Part shown: positions 8,996-19,618 of the stretch, in pieces
Layout of the letters: each line of letters opens with the position of its first letter
How positions within the stretch are numbered: the stretch's first letter is position 1
Origin: Planctomycetota bacterium
GTDB taxonomy: Bacteria > Planctomycetota > B15-G4 > JADJEK01
Direction: 5' to 3'
DNA length: 64,000 nucleotides
Assembly (NCBI GenBank): GCA_044225365.1
Contig: JBGAIQ010000006.1
Location: forward strand, 96,001 to 160,000
Position numbers and translations under genes: made by a program
The notes under the pieces: generated by a model
The model's database searches: none
Seen by the model: the letters and a program-made list of their open reading frames with translations, nothing else
What the model was told of the DNA's origin: nothing

Positions 8996-10435
8996 ATGTC
9001 TGACACACCCCTGCGCGACTTCCTCGAAATCCCCTACGACAAGCTCGAGGAGATGAACCTCGAGTCCAAGAAGGCCCGCGAGGACCGGGTCGACCCCGGC
9101 ACCCTCGGCGAACAGCGCATGCGCTACCTCACCGACGAGAAGCGCATCAAGGCCGTCACGGTCTGTTTCACCGACCTCGAAGGCCGCTTCCACATGCTCG
9201 ACTACGACAAGAAGTTCTTGTTGAAGTCGCAGGACAACCTCACGTTCGATGGCAGTTCGATCCGCGGGTTCTCGCAGCAAGCCGAATCGGACCTGCGCCT
9301 CGGACTCGACTGGACGTCGTTCTACTGGCTGCCGTCCGACGTCTTCGGCCCGGGCAAAGTGCTGATCTTCGGCGACGTGCTCGGCCGCGACGGCGAGATC
9401 TACCCCTCCGACATGCGCGCCAAGCTGAAGTCGTACATGGCCGACCTCTACAAGAAGGAAGGCTACGTCTGCAACGCGGCGAACGAGATCGAAGGGTTCT
9501 TGTTCAAGGGCCGTGACGCGGAGCGCAACTACCACGAGACGGGCAAGCTCGAGTTCCTGTCGACCGGTGGTTACTACCACTCGCTGCCAGGTGACCCGCT
9601 CCGTCAGTTCATCGATTCGGTCGCCGAGACGCAGCGCGCGATGGGCTTCGCGAACGAGAAGGATCACGCCGAGGTGGCGCCCTCGCAGTTCGAGGTCAAC
9701 TACAGCTACACCGAAGCGATCGGCGCCGCCGACCAGGTGCAGCTCTACAAGCTCGTCTGTCGCCAGATCGCGCACAAGTACGACATGACGGCGAGCTTCC
9801 TCCCCAAGCCCGTCGCGGGCGTCAACGGCAACGGCATGCACACCAACATGTCGGTGTCGAAGAAGGGCAAGAACATCTTCTGGGACAGCAAGGGCGAAGA
9901 CATGCTGTCGGCCTTCGGCTGGGACTTCATCGATCGCATCCTGACGAGCGCGACCGATATCTGCCTCACGCTGAATCCGAGCGTCAACGCCTATCGCCGT
10001 CTCGACCCGCATTTCGAAGCGCCGAACCAGATCAAGGCGTCCGCGAACAATCGCGGCGCCATGGTCCGCATCCCGACGGGCAACGAGCGCAGCAAGCGCG
10101 TCGAAGTCCGCTCGGTGGCGCCCGACGCGAATCCGTACATGGTGATGTACACGCTGTTCAAGACGGGCCTCGAAGGCCCGAAGGATCCCGCCGAGGCCGA
10201 GGCGAAGCGCAGCCGCACGCGCTTCCTTCCGGACAACATCTATGACGCGATCCGCATGTTCAAGAGCAGCAAGTTCGCGAGCGAGTTGCTCGGCGAAGCG
10301 GTCCACGGAAAGTTCGCCGACGTGAAGATGATGCAGGCCGAACGCTGCCCGAAGTCGCTCGGCGCGCTCGTGAAGACCGCCGAGGTCCAGTTCCATCACG
10401 AGATCACGAACCAGCTCCTGTGGAGCAAGTTCTGA
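8996..10435 (+). CDS. glnA: Glutamine synthetase type I
   Basis: FDGSSIRGF, HAEVAPSQFE, FLPKP..GVNGNGMH, NAYRRL, RVEVRS..PDANPY. Confidence 0.95.
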   Translation: MSDTPLRDFLEIPYDKLEEMNLESKKAREDRVDPGTLGEQRMRYLTDEKRIKAVTVCFTDLEGRFHMLDYDKKFLLKSQDNLTFDGSSIRGFSQQAESDLRLGLDWTSFYWLPSDVFGPGKVLIFGDVLGRDGEIYPSDMRAKLKSYMADLYKKEGYVCNAANEIEGFLFKGRDAERNYHETGKLEFLSTGGYYHSLPGDPLRQFIDSVAETQRAMGFANEKDHAEVAPSQFEVNYSYTEAIGAADQVQLYKLVCRQIAHKYDMTASFLPKPVAGVNGNGMHTNMSVSKKGKNIFWDSKGEDMLSAFGWDFIDRILTSATDICLTLNPSVNAYRRLDPHFEAPNQIKASANNRGAMVRIPTGNERSKRVEVRSVAPDANPYMVMYTLFKTGLEGPKDPAEAEAKRSRTRFLPDNIYDAIRMFKSSKFASELLGEAVHGKFADVKMMQAERCPKSLGALVKTAEVQFHHEITNQLLWSKF

Positions 10436-10462
10436 CGTAACGTCCAGCGAGTGATCGAACAG

Positions 10463-10504
10463 AACGCGGTTGGCGGACGGGAGTCCGCTGACCGCGTTTC
10501 GTTT
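10463..10504 (+). terminator. Intrinsic terminator after glnA
   Basis: 16-bp stem aacgcggttggcggac / gtccgctgaccgcgtt with a 4-nt loop, followed by tcgttt. Confidence 0.7.
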
Positions 10505-10871
10505 GCACTCCGCGCATTGCGGCGAGGATCGCCTGGCCGGGTGAATCCTGCCATCGAGCGCGGGTAGAATTCGGCCGTTCTTGATTCACGCCGAATGCCG
10601 GCACGACTGTGGCGCCGGCAACGGGGGACCCAACGCGAAGAACGCGATCGACGTGTGTCGATCGCGAGTTTCGCCGGGGCGAATCGACGATCGCGTCGAC
10701 GGAGACTCCATGCTCCGAGCCCGTCAGCTAACCTCGTAGGCCGACGCTGGAGAACGATGCTGCGGCTCGTTGTACCCTTCGATTCCTTCTCGCTCGCGTT
10801 CGCGAGCTCCTCACTCGGCGTTCCCTCCACGCGCGGCCGGTCGGCTTCCAACTCTTTGGGGGTCATCGGTC

Positions 10872-12875
10872 ATGTTCGATCTCGTCACGATTTCCATCCT
10901 CGTCGGCGCCCTGCTCGCACTCCTCGTGCTGCGCCTCACCATCCGCTACGTGCCGAACCAGATGGTCGGCATCGTCGAGAAACTCTGGAGCCTCCGCGGT
11001 TCGATCGAATCCGGACTCATCGCACTCGATGGCAAGGCCGGATTCCAACCCGTGGTGCTCCGCGGCGGCATTCACTTCCTCGTGCCCTTCCAGTACGCGG
11101 TCCATCGCGTGCCGCTCGTCACGATCCCACAAGGCCAGATCGGGTACGTGTTCGCTCGCGACGGCCTCTCGCTCGAATCGACGCAGTCGCTCGCATCGAA
11201 TGCGAAGGCGAGTGACTTCGAAGACGTCGCGGCCTTCCTGAAGGACGGAGGCCAGCGCGGACCCCAGCGCAAGCTGCTGCGCGAAGGCACGTACGCACTC
11301 AATCTCGCCCAGTTCGCGGTGATCACGGCCGACCGCGTCCACGTGCTCGCGCTCGATCGCACGGACACGGCGTTGTTCGAACGCATGCAACATCTGATCG
11401 CGGAGCGGGACGGCTTCCGCCCGATCGTGATTCGCGGCGCGGACGACAAGATCGGCATCGTCACCGTCCACGACGGCCCACCGCTCGAGGCGGGCGAGAT
11501 CATCGCGCCGGTCGTGGGCGACAGCTCGGGTCACGCGAAGGGCGGACACGACAACTTCCAGGATCCCGAAGCCTTCCTCCTCGCAGGCGGTCGTCGCGGC
11601 CGTCAGCTCCAGGTGCTCGTCGACGGCACGTGGTTCCTCAATCGCTTGTTCGCGACCGTCGAACTCGTCGAGAAGACGGTGGTCGAAGTCGGCTCGGTGG
11701 GCGTCGTCGTGTGGTACGCCGGCGCGACCGGACCGGACCTCTCGGGCGCCGACTACAAGCACGGCGAACTCGTCGCTCGCGGCGAGCGCGGCGTGTGGCG
11801 CGAGCCCTTGCTCCCTGGCAAGTACGCGTTCAACACCTGCGCCGGCCGCGTCATCTCCGTGCCGACGACGAACTTCATCCTGAAGTGGATTCGCAGCGAG
11901 GCCGGAGCGCACCGCTTCGACGAGAACCTGAAGGAGGTCTCGCTCATCACGAAGGACGCCTTCGAGCCGTCGCTGCCGCTCTCCGTCGTCGTCCACATCG
12001 ACTATCGCCAGGCGCCGCTCGTGATCCAACGATTCGGTGACGTGCGGCGACTCGTCGAGCAAACGATCGACCCGATGGTCTCCGCGTACTTCAAGAACGT
12101 AGGCCAGACGCGCACGCTCATCCAACTGCTGCAGGATCGCAGCGCGATCCAGGATCAGGCGAGCGCGGAGATGCAGACGAAGTTCCGCCACTACAACATC
12201 GAACTCGAGGAAGTCCTGATCGGCACGCCGACCTCGGTGAACGACTCCCGCATCGAGGAGATCCTCGCGCAGCTGCGCGCGAGGCAGATCGCGGAGGAGC
12301 AGATCGAGACCTACGTGCGCCAGCAGAAGGCCGCGGATCAGGAACGCGTGCTGCGCGAAGCCGAGTCACGAGCCCGCGAGCAGCAACGTCTCACGGAGTC
12401 CGAGATCGCGATCACGATCCGCGGCAACCAAGGCAAGGCGGAGTACCAGCGTGCGGTCGCGGAAGCGGCGCAGGTTCGGCTGCTCGCGGAGGCCAACGCG
12501 GAGCGTGAGGCGCGGATCGGCGTGGGCAAGGCGATCGCGGCCGAGGAACTCGTCCGCGCCTACGGTGGCCCGCGATTCCAGGTCACGCAGCAGGTGATGG
12601 ACCGCTTCGCCCAGGCGATCGAGACCGCGCGCGTCGACGTGGTGCCGAAGATCGTCGTCGGCGGCAACGGGCGTGAGGGTGCAGGCGAGAGCCACGGCTC
12701 GGGCACGGGCTTGATCGAGACGCTCCTCACGCTGCTGTTGTCCGATCGCATGCTGCCCGACGCGATCTCCGCCGCGGAGACGCGATCGTCACCGATCGCC
12801 GAAGCGATGCGCGCGGACCTTCGCGCGAAAATCGCTCGGAACGGCGACGCATCACCGCAGCGTCCCGCGGCGTGA
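10872..12875 (+). CDS. SPFH/band 7 (flotillin-like) membrane protein
   Basis: N-terminal TM, GIVEKLWS, GQIGYVFARDG, ITKDAFEP, C-terminal coiled coil. Confidence 0.88.
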   Translation: MFDLVTISILVGALLALLVLRLTIRYVPNQMVGIVEKLWSLRGSIESGLIALDGKAGFQPVVLRGGIHFLVPFQYAVHRVPLVTIPQGQIGYVFARDGLSLESTQSLASNAKASDFEDVAAFLKDGGQRGPQRKLLREGTYALNLAQFAVITADRVHVLALDRTDTALFERMQHLIAERDGFRPIVIRGADDKIGIVTVHDGPPLEAGEIIAPVVGDSSGHAKGGHDNFQDPEAFLLAGGRRGRQLQVLVDGTWFLNRLFATVELVEKTVVEVGSVGVVVWYAGATGPDLSGADYKHGELVARGERGVWREPLLPGKYAFNTCAGRVISVPTTNFILKWIRSEAGAHRFDENLKEVSLITKDAFEPSLPLSVVVHIDYRQAPLVIQRFGDVRRLVEQTIDPMVSAYFKNVGQTRTLIQLLQDRSAIQDQASAEMQTKFRHYNIELEEVLIGTPTSVNDSRIEEILAQLRARQIAEEQIETYVRQQKAADQERVLREAESRAREQQRLTESEIAITIRGNQGKAEYQRAVAEAAQVRLLAEANAEREARIGVGKAIAAEELVRAYGGPRFQVTQQVMDRFAQAIETARVDVVPKIVVGGNGREGAGESHGSGTGLIETLLTLLLSDRMLPDAISAAETRSSPIAEAMRADLRAKIARNGDASPQRPAA

Positions 12876-13009
12876 TGCCGTCTCGCTCGAGGAATCGCGT
12901 CGTGGATCGTGGCGCGAGTGCACGATCCACACGCGAGACCCTGATGTGAACGGACACGAAACCGCTAAGGTCGGGATGTCTGCTGCGATCGCGCCGGAGA
13001 ACCCATCCT

Positions 13010-13312
13010 ATGGTCGCCTACCTCATCGTCGACGTCGATGTGAAAGACCCCGTTCGCTACGCCGAATACGTCCAGCAGGTGCCGCCGACGATCGCGAAGT
13101 ACGGCGGCAAGTTCCTCGTCCGCGGCGGGAAGACCGAAGTGATCGAAGGAACGTGGCAGCCGAAGCGCGTCGTCGTGCTCGAGTTCGAGAGCGTCGCGCG
13201 CGCGAAGGAGTGGTACCACAGCGAAGAGTATCGCGGGCCACGGGACATCCGCTGGTCGGCCTCGACCGCGAACTTGATCGTGGTGGAAGGCGTCGCCGCG
13301 CCGATCCTGTAG
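13010..13312 (+). CDS. DUF1330 family protein
   Basis: YGGKFLVRGG...EG.W.PKRVVVLEF...AKEWY.SEEY. Confidence 0.93.
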   Translation: MVAYLIVDVDVKDPVRYAEYVQQVPPTIAKYGGKFLVRGGKTEVIEGTWQPKRVVVLEFESVARAKEWYHSEEYRGPRDIRWSASTANLIVVEGVAAPIL

Positions 13313-13349
13313 CGGATCCCCGACGGCGCGGGCCGACGTCCATCGGACA

Positions 13350-14462
13350 TCACGCGTTCCTCGCCATCGTCGCGAGATTCCCGCAGGTGATCTTTGGATG
13401 CACCGCGGGCTCCTCGTTGCTCGCGGTCGCGACGACGACGTCGGGATCGATCCATCGCTGGTAGTACGTGACGACCTTGCCGGTGTGGCCGGAATGCGCG
13501 TACTCGGTCATGCCGCCGTTGTTCGAAACCTCCCAACCGCAAGCGTAGTTGTTGAGGCCGACCGTGTAGTACTTCTTCTTCACCGCGTCGCTCAGCACCT
13601 TCGTTCCGCGCAGTGCGCGGTCCCATAGAAGCATGTCGGACACCGACGCGACGATCCCGCCCGCGCCGCGGTAGCCCCAGCTCAACTTGTCGCCGTACGC
13701 GAACCTCACGCCCTTGCCGCGGTCGTCGAGCGGCACCCGATCCATCGGCAGCTTGGGATCGCCGATGATGTACGTGTCGCTCATCTCCGCGGGCTTGAAG
13801 ACGTTCTCGTGAACGTAGTCCTCGTAGGACTTGCTCGACAGCTTTTCGATGAGAGCCGCGAGGAAGAAGTAGGCGGCGTTGCTGTACTCCCAGTTCGTGC
13901 CCGGCTCGTTCTTCACGGGACAAGCGAGGAACCATCGCATCAGCGCGTCGCGGTCATTCGCCTCCGTCTGCGAGAACTCCTTGCCGCCGTCCGACGTAAT
14001 GCCGCTCGTGTGATTCATCAAGTGCCGCACGAGGACCTTCGCCTTGTCCTTCGGGCAGTCCTTCACGAATTTCGAGAGGGGCTGATCGATGTCGATCTTC
14101 TTCGCCATCTCGAGGCGCAGAATCGCGGCCGAGGTCCACTGCTTCGTGACCGAGCACCAGTCGAAGAGCGCGTCGGGACCGATCGGCTTCTTGTTCGGGG
14201 CGTTCGCGACCCCGTAGCCCTTCTGGAGCGCGATCTTTCCGTTCTTCGCGACGAGCACGACTCCGGAGTAGCCGTCCTTGTAGTTCTGCGCGCTCGATAG
14301 ATGCTCGTCGAGCCGCTTGCCGAGTTCACCCTCGACGATCGGCTCGCCCACGCCCTTCTTCGTCTTGGCCTTGGGATCGCCGGCGAACGCCAAGCGAGGC
14401 GCCACGCAGGCCGACAGGATCGCTTGGAGCGCATCACGGCGCGAGATCGGAACCCATCGCAT
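13350..14462 (-). CDS. Serine hydrolase, beta-lactamase/AmpC-like family, Tat-exported
   Basis: SRRDAL Tat motif, SVTK (SxxK), LMNHTSG, YSN, HSG. Confidence 0.88.
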   Translation of the reverse strand: MRWVPISRRDALQAILSACVAPRLAFAGDPKAKTKKGVGEPIVEGELGKRLDEHLSSAQNYKDGYSGVVLVAKNGKIALQKGYGVANAPNKKPIGPDALFDWCSVTKQWTSAAILRLEMAKKIDIDQPLSKFVKDCPKDKAKVLVRHLMNHTSGITSDGGKEFSQTEANDRDALMRWFLACPVKNEPGTNWEYSNAAYFFLAALIEKLSSKSYEDYVHENVFKPAEMSDTYIIGDPKLPMDRVPLDDRGKGVRFAYGDKLSWGYRGAGGIVASVSDMLLWDRALRGTKVLSDAVKKKYYTVGLNNYACGWEVSNNGGMTEYAHSGHTGKVVTYYQRWIDPDVVVATASNEEPAVHPKITCGNLATMARNA

Positions 14463-14470
14463 CGAGGACC

Positions 14471-17400
14471 TCACTTCTTCGCCGGAAACTTCGGCATCAG
14501 GTAGTCCGGCGGATCGCAGGGCACGGGATCGACGAGGAGGCCCTCGATCGCATTCGCCTTCACGGTCACCGGCGAACTCGAGCGATACCACTTCCCATCG
14601 GCGATGAAGCGGATCTCGTAGGTCTCCGGGAAGACGTCGTCGAAGCGGAACGATCCGTCGTCGCCGACCGAAGCGTTCGGCCAGTAGTTCATGAGCGTGG
14701 GCTGCATGAAGAGCACCGCCGTCACGAGGCTGTCCTCGGCATGCGGGATCGCGGCGAGGTTCACCTTTCCACCGACATCGTTCACGGAGTACATGACGAG
14801 TTCGACGCGATTCGCGCCGCCATGCAGCACGACGCCGCGCTCGGTCGAGTTCCCCTCCTGCGAGAAGGATTGAATGTCGTAGGTGCCCGTGAGCAGTCGC
14901 TCGAACGTGAACTCACCCGCGTCGTTCGTGTCCGTCAACTCCGAGGCTCGGCCACCGCACTCGAGCAGACCCATCAGGTTCACCTTGCACTTGCGCGGCT
15001 TGCCATCGGGCGCCTTCACCGTTCCGGAGAGCTTCGCGCTTTGCAGGACGAAATCGGCTCGCATCTCGGGCTTCGTGACGTGGTCGAGGATTCGCGAGAC
15101 GCGAAACGCCGGATCCTTCGAGTGCGCGTCGAGGCTGATCTGTCCGCGCTCCGACTTTGGCGCGACGAATCGATCGATGCGGTACTTCCCCTGCGAATCC
15201 GTCTTCCACGAACGTCGCCCCGAGACGATTCCCTGTTCGAAGTTCTTCGCCTCGATAGAGCAATCCGCGACGGGCTGGCCGTCGAACGTGACGACGCCGG
15301 AAATGCTCATCGCCTCCTCGTCCGGCGCGGCGAAGTACGGGTCCTCTTCGTGGTAGACGAAGATCTTCCCGCCCTCGATCAGCGAGAATTGTGTGGAGCC
15401 CGCCCAGGTAATCGCGTGCGAGAGCACGTCGTTCATCGCCAAGAGCGCGGACTTGTCGACCTGGGCGATCTCACTCGACAACGAGTAGTCCCCCGGAGCG
15501 AGGCCCTCGATCGAGAATGCGCCGCGGTCGTCGGTGTCGTAGAAGGCGACGACGGGCGAGGGTTTCCCCCGCCGAACGGAACTCTCGACGCGCAGGCGCC
15601 GCTTGCTCTCGACCGGCTTTCCGCCGTTCTGAACGATGCCTTCGACGCGAGTTCTCTGCGCTAGTCGAATCGTCCGCGAGGCGACGGATTCGTCGACCTC
15701 GATCGCTTCGACGTGGTCGCTGAACGAGGGATGCCGCACGACGACTTCGTACGCACCGATCGAGAGCGACTCGATCCGGAAGCGGCCGTTCACATCCGAG
15801 GTCGTGCGGGCGAGCGCGAGCACCTCGGCGTGCGGGAGGTTCAGTTGCTCCGACAGCAGCGACTTGTCGTACTCGTTCGGCGTCTTCGAGCGGAGTTCGA
15901 CTTCTGCGCCGAGGACGGGCTTCGCGTTCGCATCGACGACGATCGCGGAGAGGTCCACTCCTCGATCGAGCACGATGTGAACGGGTTCGATCGTGGGATG
16001 ATCCACGGACACGAGGACCGGAGCGGTTCCGTTCGATCGCACGCGCAGCAGCCAGGCGCCGCCCGGAAGATCGCGCGCGACGTAGCGGTGCGGGTGGGAC
16101 GAATCCGAAGCGATCTCGAGCTTCCTCGGTTTCACGAGCTCCAACGCGAGGACTTCCCCTGTCGGATGACCGCGGAACGCGTCCACCCGCAGATCGGCGA
16201 TGGCGGCTCCATCGCGGCGCTCGATGTCGAAGGTGGCCGGGACGCTCGTCGGAAGGACGATCACGGCCTCCCTTCCCACTCGCGCGGGCTTGCTCACGAT
16301 CCAGGGATCGTCCGCCGACTTTCGCGCGGCGACGAGGAGTTCTCGATCGGGCAATCCGTCGCAAGCGAACGCGCCGTCGGCGCGGCTCGTACCCCCGGGG
16401 ATCAGAGCGTGGTACGTGCGCTCCGCGGTCGACGTGGGGCCGACGATCCACTCCGCTCCCTCGATGCCTCGCCCTTTCTCGTCGACGATCCGCCCCGTGA
16501 GCCGATGACCGCGTCCCATCTTCAGGTCGCCGACGTCGTTTGCCTTCGTGCCGTCGACCTTCGTCTTCACTGCCGCGAGAAGGCCCGGCTTCGACGCGAG
16601 GATGCGGGTCCCGATCGCTTCGAGCCCGCGCACCGTGAACGTGCCATCCGCAGCGGTGATCGCGATCGGAAGTCGCAGGCTCGCGACGAGCGCCTTCACG
16701 GGTGGCGGGACATCGACGACGTCGTAGCCGATCGACTCACCTTCTTTGCGCTCGATCGCGAATCGCGTTTCGGGGGCGAGGAACTCCAATGCGACGCCCC
16801 ACAGGATCGTGCCGAGCCCCTGGCCGTCGACCGCCGGCGGCAGTGCGACGACGCGCGCACCGGCGACGGGTTGGCCTTCTTCGTCGATGACGCGACCGCT
16901 CGCGCTTCCCCGCGCGACGAGACGGATGTCGCCGAGATCGACGACCTCCCCCGCCGCGGGCTCACGCTCGGTCGAGCGACTCACGAACCCGTCGTTTCCA
17001 CCCTCGCACACGATCAAGTGACGAGCGAGCGTACGTAGTGGTGCAACCTCGAATCGACCCTTCGCGTCGCACGTCACCGTGACCTCGCGCATGCCGGCAT
17101 CGTCGCCCGTGACGATCGTGGTCGGCGAGAGACGTCGATCGAATTCGAGTACCGTCACCGTCCCGAGTGGAATCGCGTCGCCGCGCGCGTTCACGAGTCG
17201 GCCGCGATATCCACCACAGGTCGATGCCGCGGTGAATGCACTGACCTGCTCGAACTCGACGGATGCTCTTGCGCCGGCTCGATCCTCCTCGACGAGATCC
17301 CGCGTGGCGGTCGACGTGGCCGCGACGACGATCGGTGCATTCGAGTCCGGGCTCGAGCTCGGCAGTGGATTCGCCGCCACCCGTTCCCGCGCCGCGAGAG

Positions 17401-18088
17401 AACCTCCGTCGCGCATCTCGAATAGGATCCCGATCGCGACGACGAGAAGAGCCGCGGCTCCGATCAACAGAATCTTCTTCATCATCAACGCTCCTTCCAG
17501 CGTGGCGACGAGAGACGAGGAAGTGGCGCCCTTCGAGAGGACAGGAAGCAGCGCGGCCCGCCAGTCCATGCCGCGGGCTCCGAACCGCCCTTCGAGCCGT
17601 TGGCGCAACTGCGCGAGCGCGCGCTGACTTCGACTTCGCACCGTCGATGCGCCGATCCCCAGCTTCTTCGAGATCTCCGCGGGCGTCATCTCCTCGAGAT
17701 AGAGCCAGATCACCGTCGATCGATACGGCTCCTCGAGCCGGAACACCGCTTCGAGCACGAGCCCGCGAATCGTCTCGCGTTCGAGAACGTCTTCCGGGGA
17801 CGGCAGATCGCTCGCCCCGACGACGCGCCCTTCGTGAAAGCGACGGCGACCCTCCCTGCGCAAGCGCTCGCGCAGGAAGTTCCGAAACACGGTTCGCAGG
17901 AACGAGGGGAGAGCGGCTGCGTGACGTGGCGGATGAGACGCCACGCGCACGAGCGTTTCCTGAACGACCTCATCCTGCTCGGCCGGATCGGAGAGCAACG
18001 CGCGCGCGAGCGAGCGCAGCTTCGACTCGTGCCGGAGAGCGAGGTCGAGCGCTTCTTCGGACCAGTTTCGTTCGCCGTCCATGATCAC
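14471..18088 (-). CDS. ECF sigma factor fused via a TM helix to multiple carboxypeptidase-regulatory-like (beta-sandwich) repeats
   Basis: N-terminal sigma2/sigma4 (DEVVQETL...LEEPYR..V.WLYLEEMT..EI...STVRSR..RAL), TM near aa 205-225, repeated G.V.D..G.PV.GA.V / TD..G.F motifs. Confidence 0.85.
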   Translation of the reverse strand: MIMDGERNWSEEALDLALRHESKLRSLARALLSDPAEQDEVVQETLVRVASHPPRHAAALPSFLRTVFRNFLRERLRREGRRRFHEGRVVGASDLPSPEDVLERETIRGLVLEAVFRLEEPYRSTVIWLYLEEMTPAEISKKLGIGASTVRSRSQRALAQLRQRLEGRFGARGMDWRAALLPVLSKGATSSSLVATLEGALMMKKILLIGAAALLVVAIGILFEMRDGGSLAARERVAANPLPSSSPDSNAPIVVAATSTATRDLVEEDRAGARASVEFEQVSAFTAASTCGGYRGRLVNARGDAIPLGTVTVLEFDRRLSPTTIVTGDDAGMREVTVTCDAKGRFEVAPLRTLARHLIVCEGGNDGFVSRSTEREPAAGEVVDLGDIRLVARGSASGRVIDEEGQPVAGARVVALPPAVDGQGLGTILWGVALEFLAPETRFAIERKEGESIGYDVVDVPPPVKALVASLRLPIAITAADGTFTVRGLEAIGTRILASKPGLLAAVKTKVDGTKANDVGDLKMGRGHRLTGRIVDEKGRGIEGAEWIVGPTSTAERTYHALIPGGTSRADGAFACDGLPDRELLVAARKSADDPWIVSKPARVGREAVIVLPTSVPATFDIERRDGAAIADLRVDAFRGHPTGEVLALELVKPRKLEIASDSSHPHRYVARDLPGGAWLLRVRSNGTAPVLVSVDHPTIEPVHIVLDRGVDLSAIVVDANAKPVLGAEVELRSKTPNEYDKSLLSEQLNLPHAEVLALARTTSDVNGRFRIESLSIGAYEVVVRHPSFSDHVEAIEVDESVASRTIRLAQRTRVEGIVQNGGKPVESKRRLRVESSVRRGKPSPVVAFYDTDDRGAFSIEGLAPGDYSLSSEIAQVDKSALLAMNDVLSHAITWAGSTQFSLIEGGKIFVYHEEDPYFAAPDEEAMSISGVVTFDGQPVADCSIEAKNFEQGIVSGRRSWKTDSQGKYRIDRFVAPKSERGQISLDAHSKDPAFRVSRILDHVTKPEMRADFVLQSAKLSGTVKAPDGKPRKCKVNLMGLLECGGRASELTDTNDAGEFTFERLLTGTYDIQSFSQEGNSTERGVVLHGGANRVELVMYSVNDVGGKVNLAAIPHAEDSLVTAVLFMQPTLMNYWPNASVGDDGSFRFDDVFPETYEIRFIADGKWYRSSSPVTVKANAIEGLLVDPVPCDPPDYLMPKFPAKK

Positions 18089-18148
18089 GAAGGAAGACGC
18101 CGGCGCGGCGCGGCGCGTTGCAACAAAATGACGAGACGGTCGAACCGG

Positions 18149-18745
18149 TCAGGACTCGTCGTCACCCTTCGCGTCGACGAGCCTCGCGAGTTGGGCGAGT
18201 CCCCGAAACAGCAGATGACGCACCGAGTCCTCGGTCTTGCCCATCCGTTGCGCGACCTCCGCACGCGAGAGACCGAGCACGCGCGACAGGATCACCGCCT
18301 CCCGATAGTCCGGCGACAACTGATCGAACGCGCCTTCGATCTGCTCGAGAGCTTCCTTGCCGCGCACGAGGGCGCTCGGGCCCGCGCTCTTGCGATACAC
18401 GTCGAGGAGTGCGTCATCGCCGCCGGCCTCTCGCTTCACGTCGCGCCGTTCCGCCTTCCAGAAGTTCGCGCGATCCGCGACCTTTCTCGCCGCAGCGGTG
18501 CAGAGCCAGGCGCGGAATGCTGCTTCGCCCTCCCACTTGAATCCCGAGAGGTTCGCCAGGACATCTCGAAACACGGATTGCACGAGGTCGGATGCGCTCT
18601 CCTTCGCTCGCAGCTCCGGACCCGCCTTCAGGCGCACGAATGCACGGACCTGCGGGATGTGATGCGCGATGAGAGCCTCGACGGCCTCCTTGTCCCCGGT
18701 CGCGGCGCGTGCGACGAGCTCGGCTTCGGAATCGTTATCGGTCAT
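18149..18745 (-). CDS. ECF sigma-70 factor, Planctomycetaceae-type (TIGR02984-like)
   Basis: ELRAKESASDLVQ, FRAWL, LSPDYREAVIL..V.GLS.AEVA.RMGKT..SVR.LL.RGL. Confidence 0.88.
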   Translation of the reverse strand: MTDNDSEAELVARAATGDKEAVEALIAHHIPQVRAFVRLKAGPELRAKESASDLVQSVFRDVLANLSGFKWEGEAAFRAWLCTAAARKVADRANFWKAERRDVKREAGGDDALLDVYRKSAGPSALVRGKEALEQIEGAFDQLSPDYREAVILSRVLGLSRAEVAQRMGKTEDSVRHLLFRGLAQLARLVDAKGDDES

Positions 18746-19454
18746 CGCTCGATCTCTTCGACGCCTCCGGCGCCTGTCCCATCACACTGATCGCGACGCG
18801 TCCACCGAAGCAGATCGCGACGTCGTGCGCATCCATTGCAACCCTGCGATGGTAGTCGCCTCGATAATGATACTCACCCTTCGACTCCTCGAATCGGATC
18901 GGGAGCGGCGAGGGGTCGACGGGAACGAGCGACGTACCCGGGAACGCGCTGTCGCGATCGAGATGCGGGAGATTCACGTTGGTGAGACGGCCCTTCGCGT
19001 CCTCGCGCGCCAGCACTTCGCGCAGGACGAGCATCGTCCATTCGCTCGCTCGATTCCAATCGATCTCGCGACCCCGCGCGAGATAGTGGGAGAAGGCGAT
19101 TCCCGTCACGCCGTGGAAGCTCGCCTCACGCGCCGCCGCGACCGTTCCCGAATAGAAGACGTCGACTCCGAGGTTTCCGCCGCGATTGATGCCTGACAGC
19201 ACGACGTCCACTGCCGGCACCAGCACCTCGAGTCCGAGCCGAACGCAATCCGCGGGCGTTCCATGGATCACGTACCTTCGTTCGCCGTTCGGCTCGACCT
19301 TGATCGGCTCGTGCGTCGTCACCCGATGCCCGCAGCCCGACCACTCGCGAGCCGGCGCGGCCACGAACACTTCCCCGAAAGCGGAGGCGGCGCGAGAGAG
19401 AGCTTCGAGCCCCGGAGCGTCGTGCCCATCGTCGTTGGTGAGAAGGAACCGCAT
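18735..19454 (-). CDS. surE: 5'/3'-nucleotidase SurE
   Basis: LLTNDDG, GTPADCV, SGINRGGN.G.DVFYSGTVAAA. Confidence 0.95.
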   Translation of the reverse strand: MRFLLTNDDGHDAPGLEALSRAASAFGEVFVAAPAREWSGCGHRVTTHEPIKVEPNGERRYVIHGTPADCVRLGLEVLVPAVDVVLSGINRGGNLGVDVFYSGTVAAAREASFHGVTGIAFSHYLARGREIDWNRASEWTMLVLREVLAREDAKGRLTNVNLPHLDRDSAFPGTSLVPVDPSPLPIRFEESKGEYHYRGDYHRRVAMDAHDVAICFGGRVAISVMGQAPEASKRSSDDR

Positions 19455-19618
19455 CTACGACCGAGGATAACGCAGGACGACGCTACCGCCGCCAACGAAC
19501 CGATTTCGCCGATCCACTCAAGTTGGGCGAAGGAATTGCCGATGAGGAACGCACGATCCGGCTCGACGAGACGGCGGTCCAACGAGCCCGTTGCAACCTC
19601 GCACCGAGGGAGGAACTC

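Noticed and set aside
10505-10870. Riboswitch or ncRNA in the long glnA-SPFH intergenic region (also 31756-32129)
   Set aside because: Only generic GC hairpins, with no recognisable family consensus. An Rfam scan would be needed.
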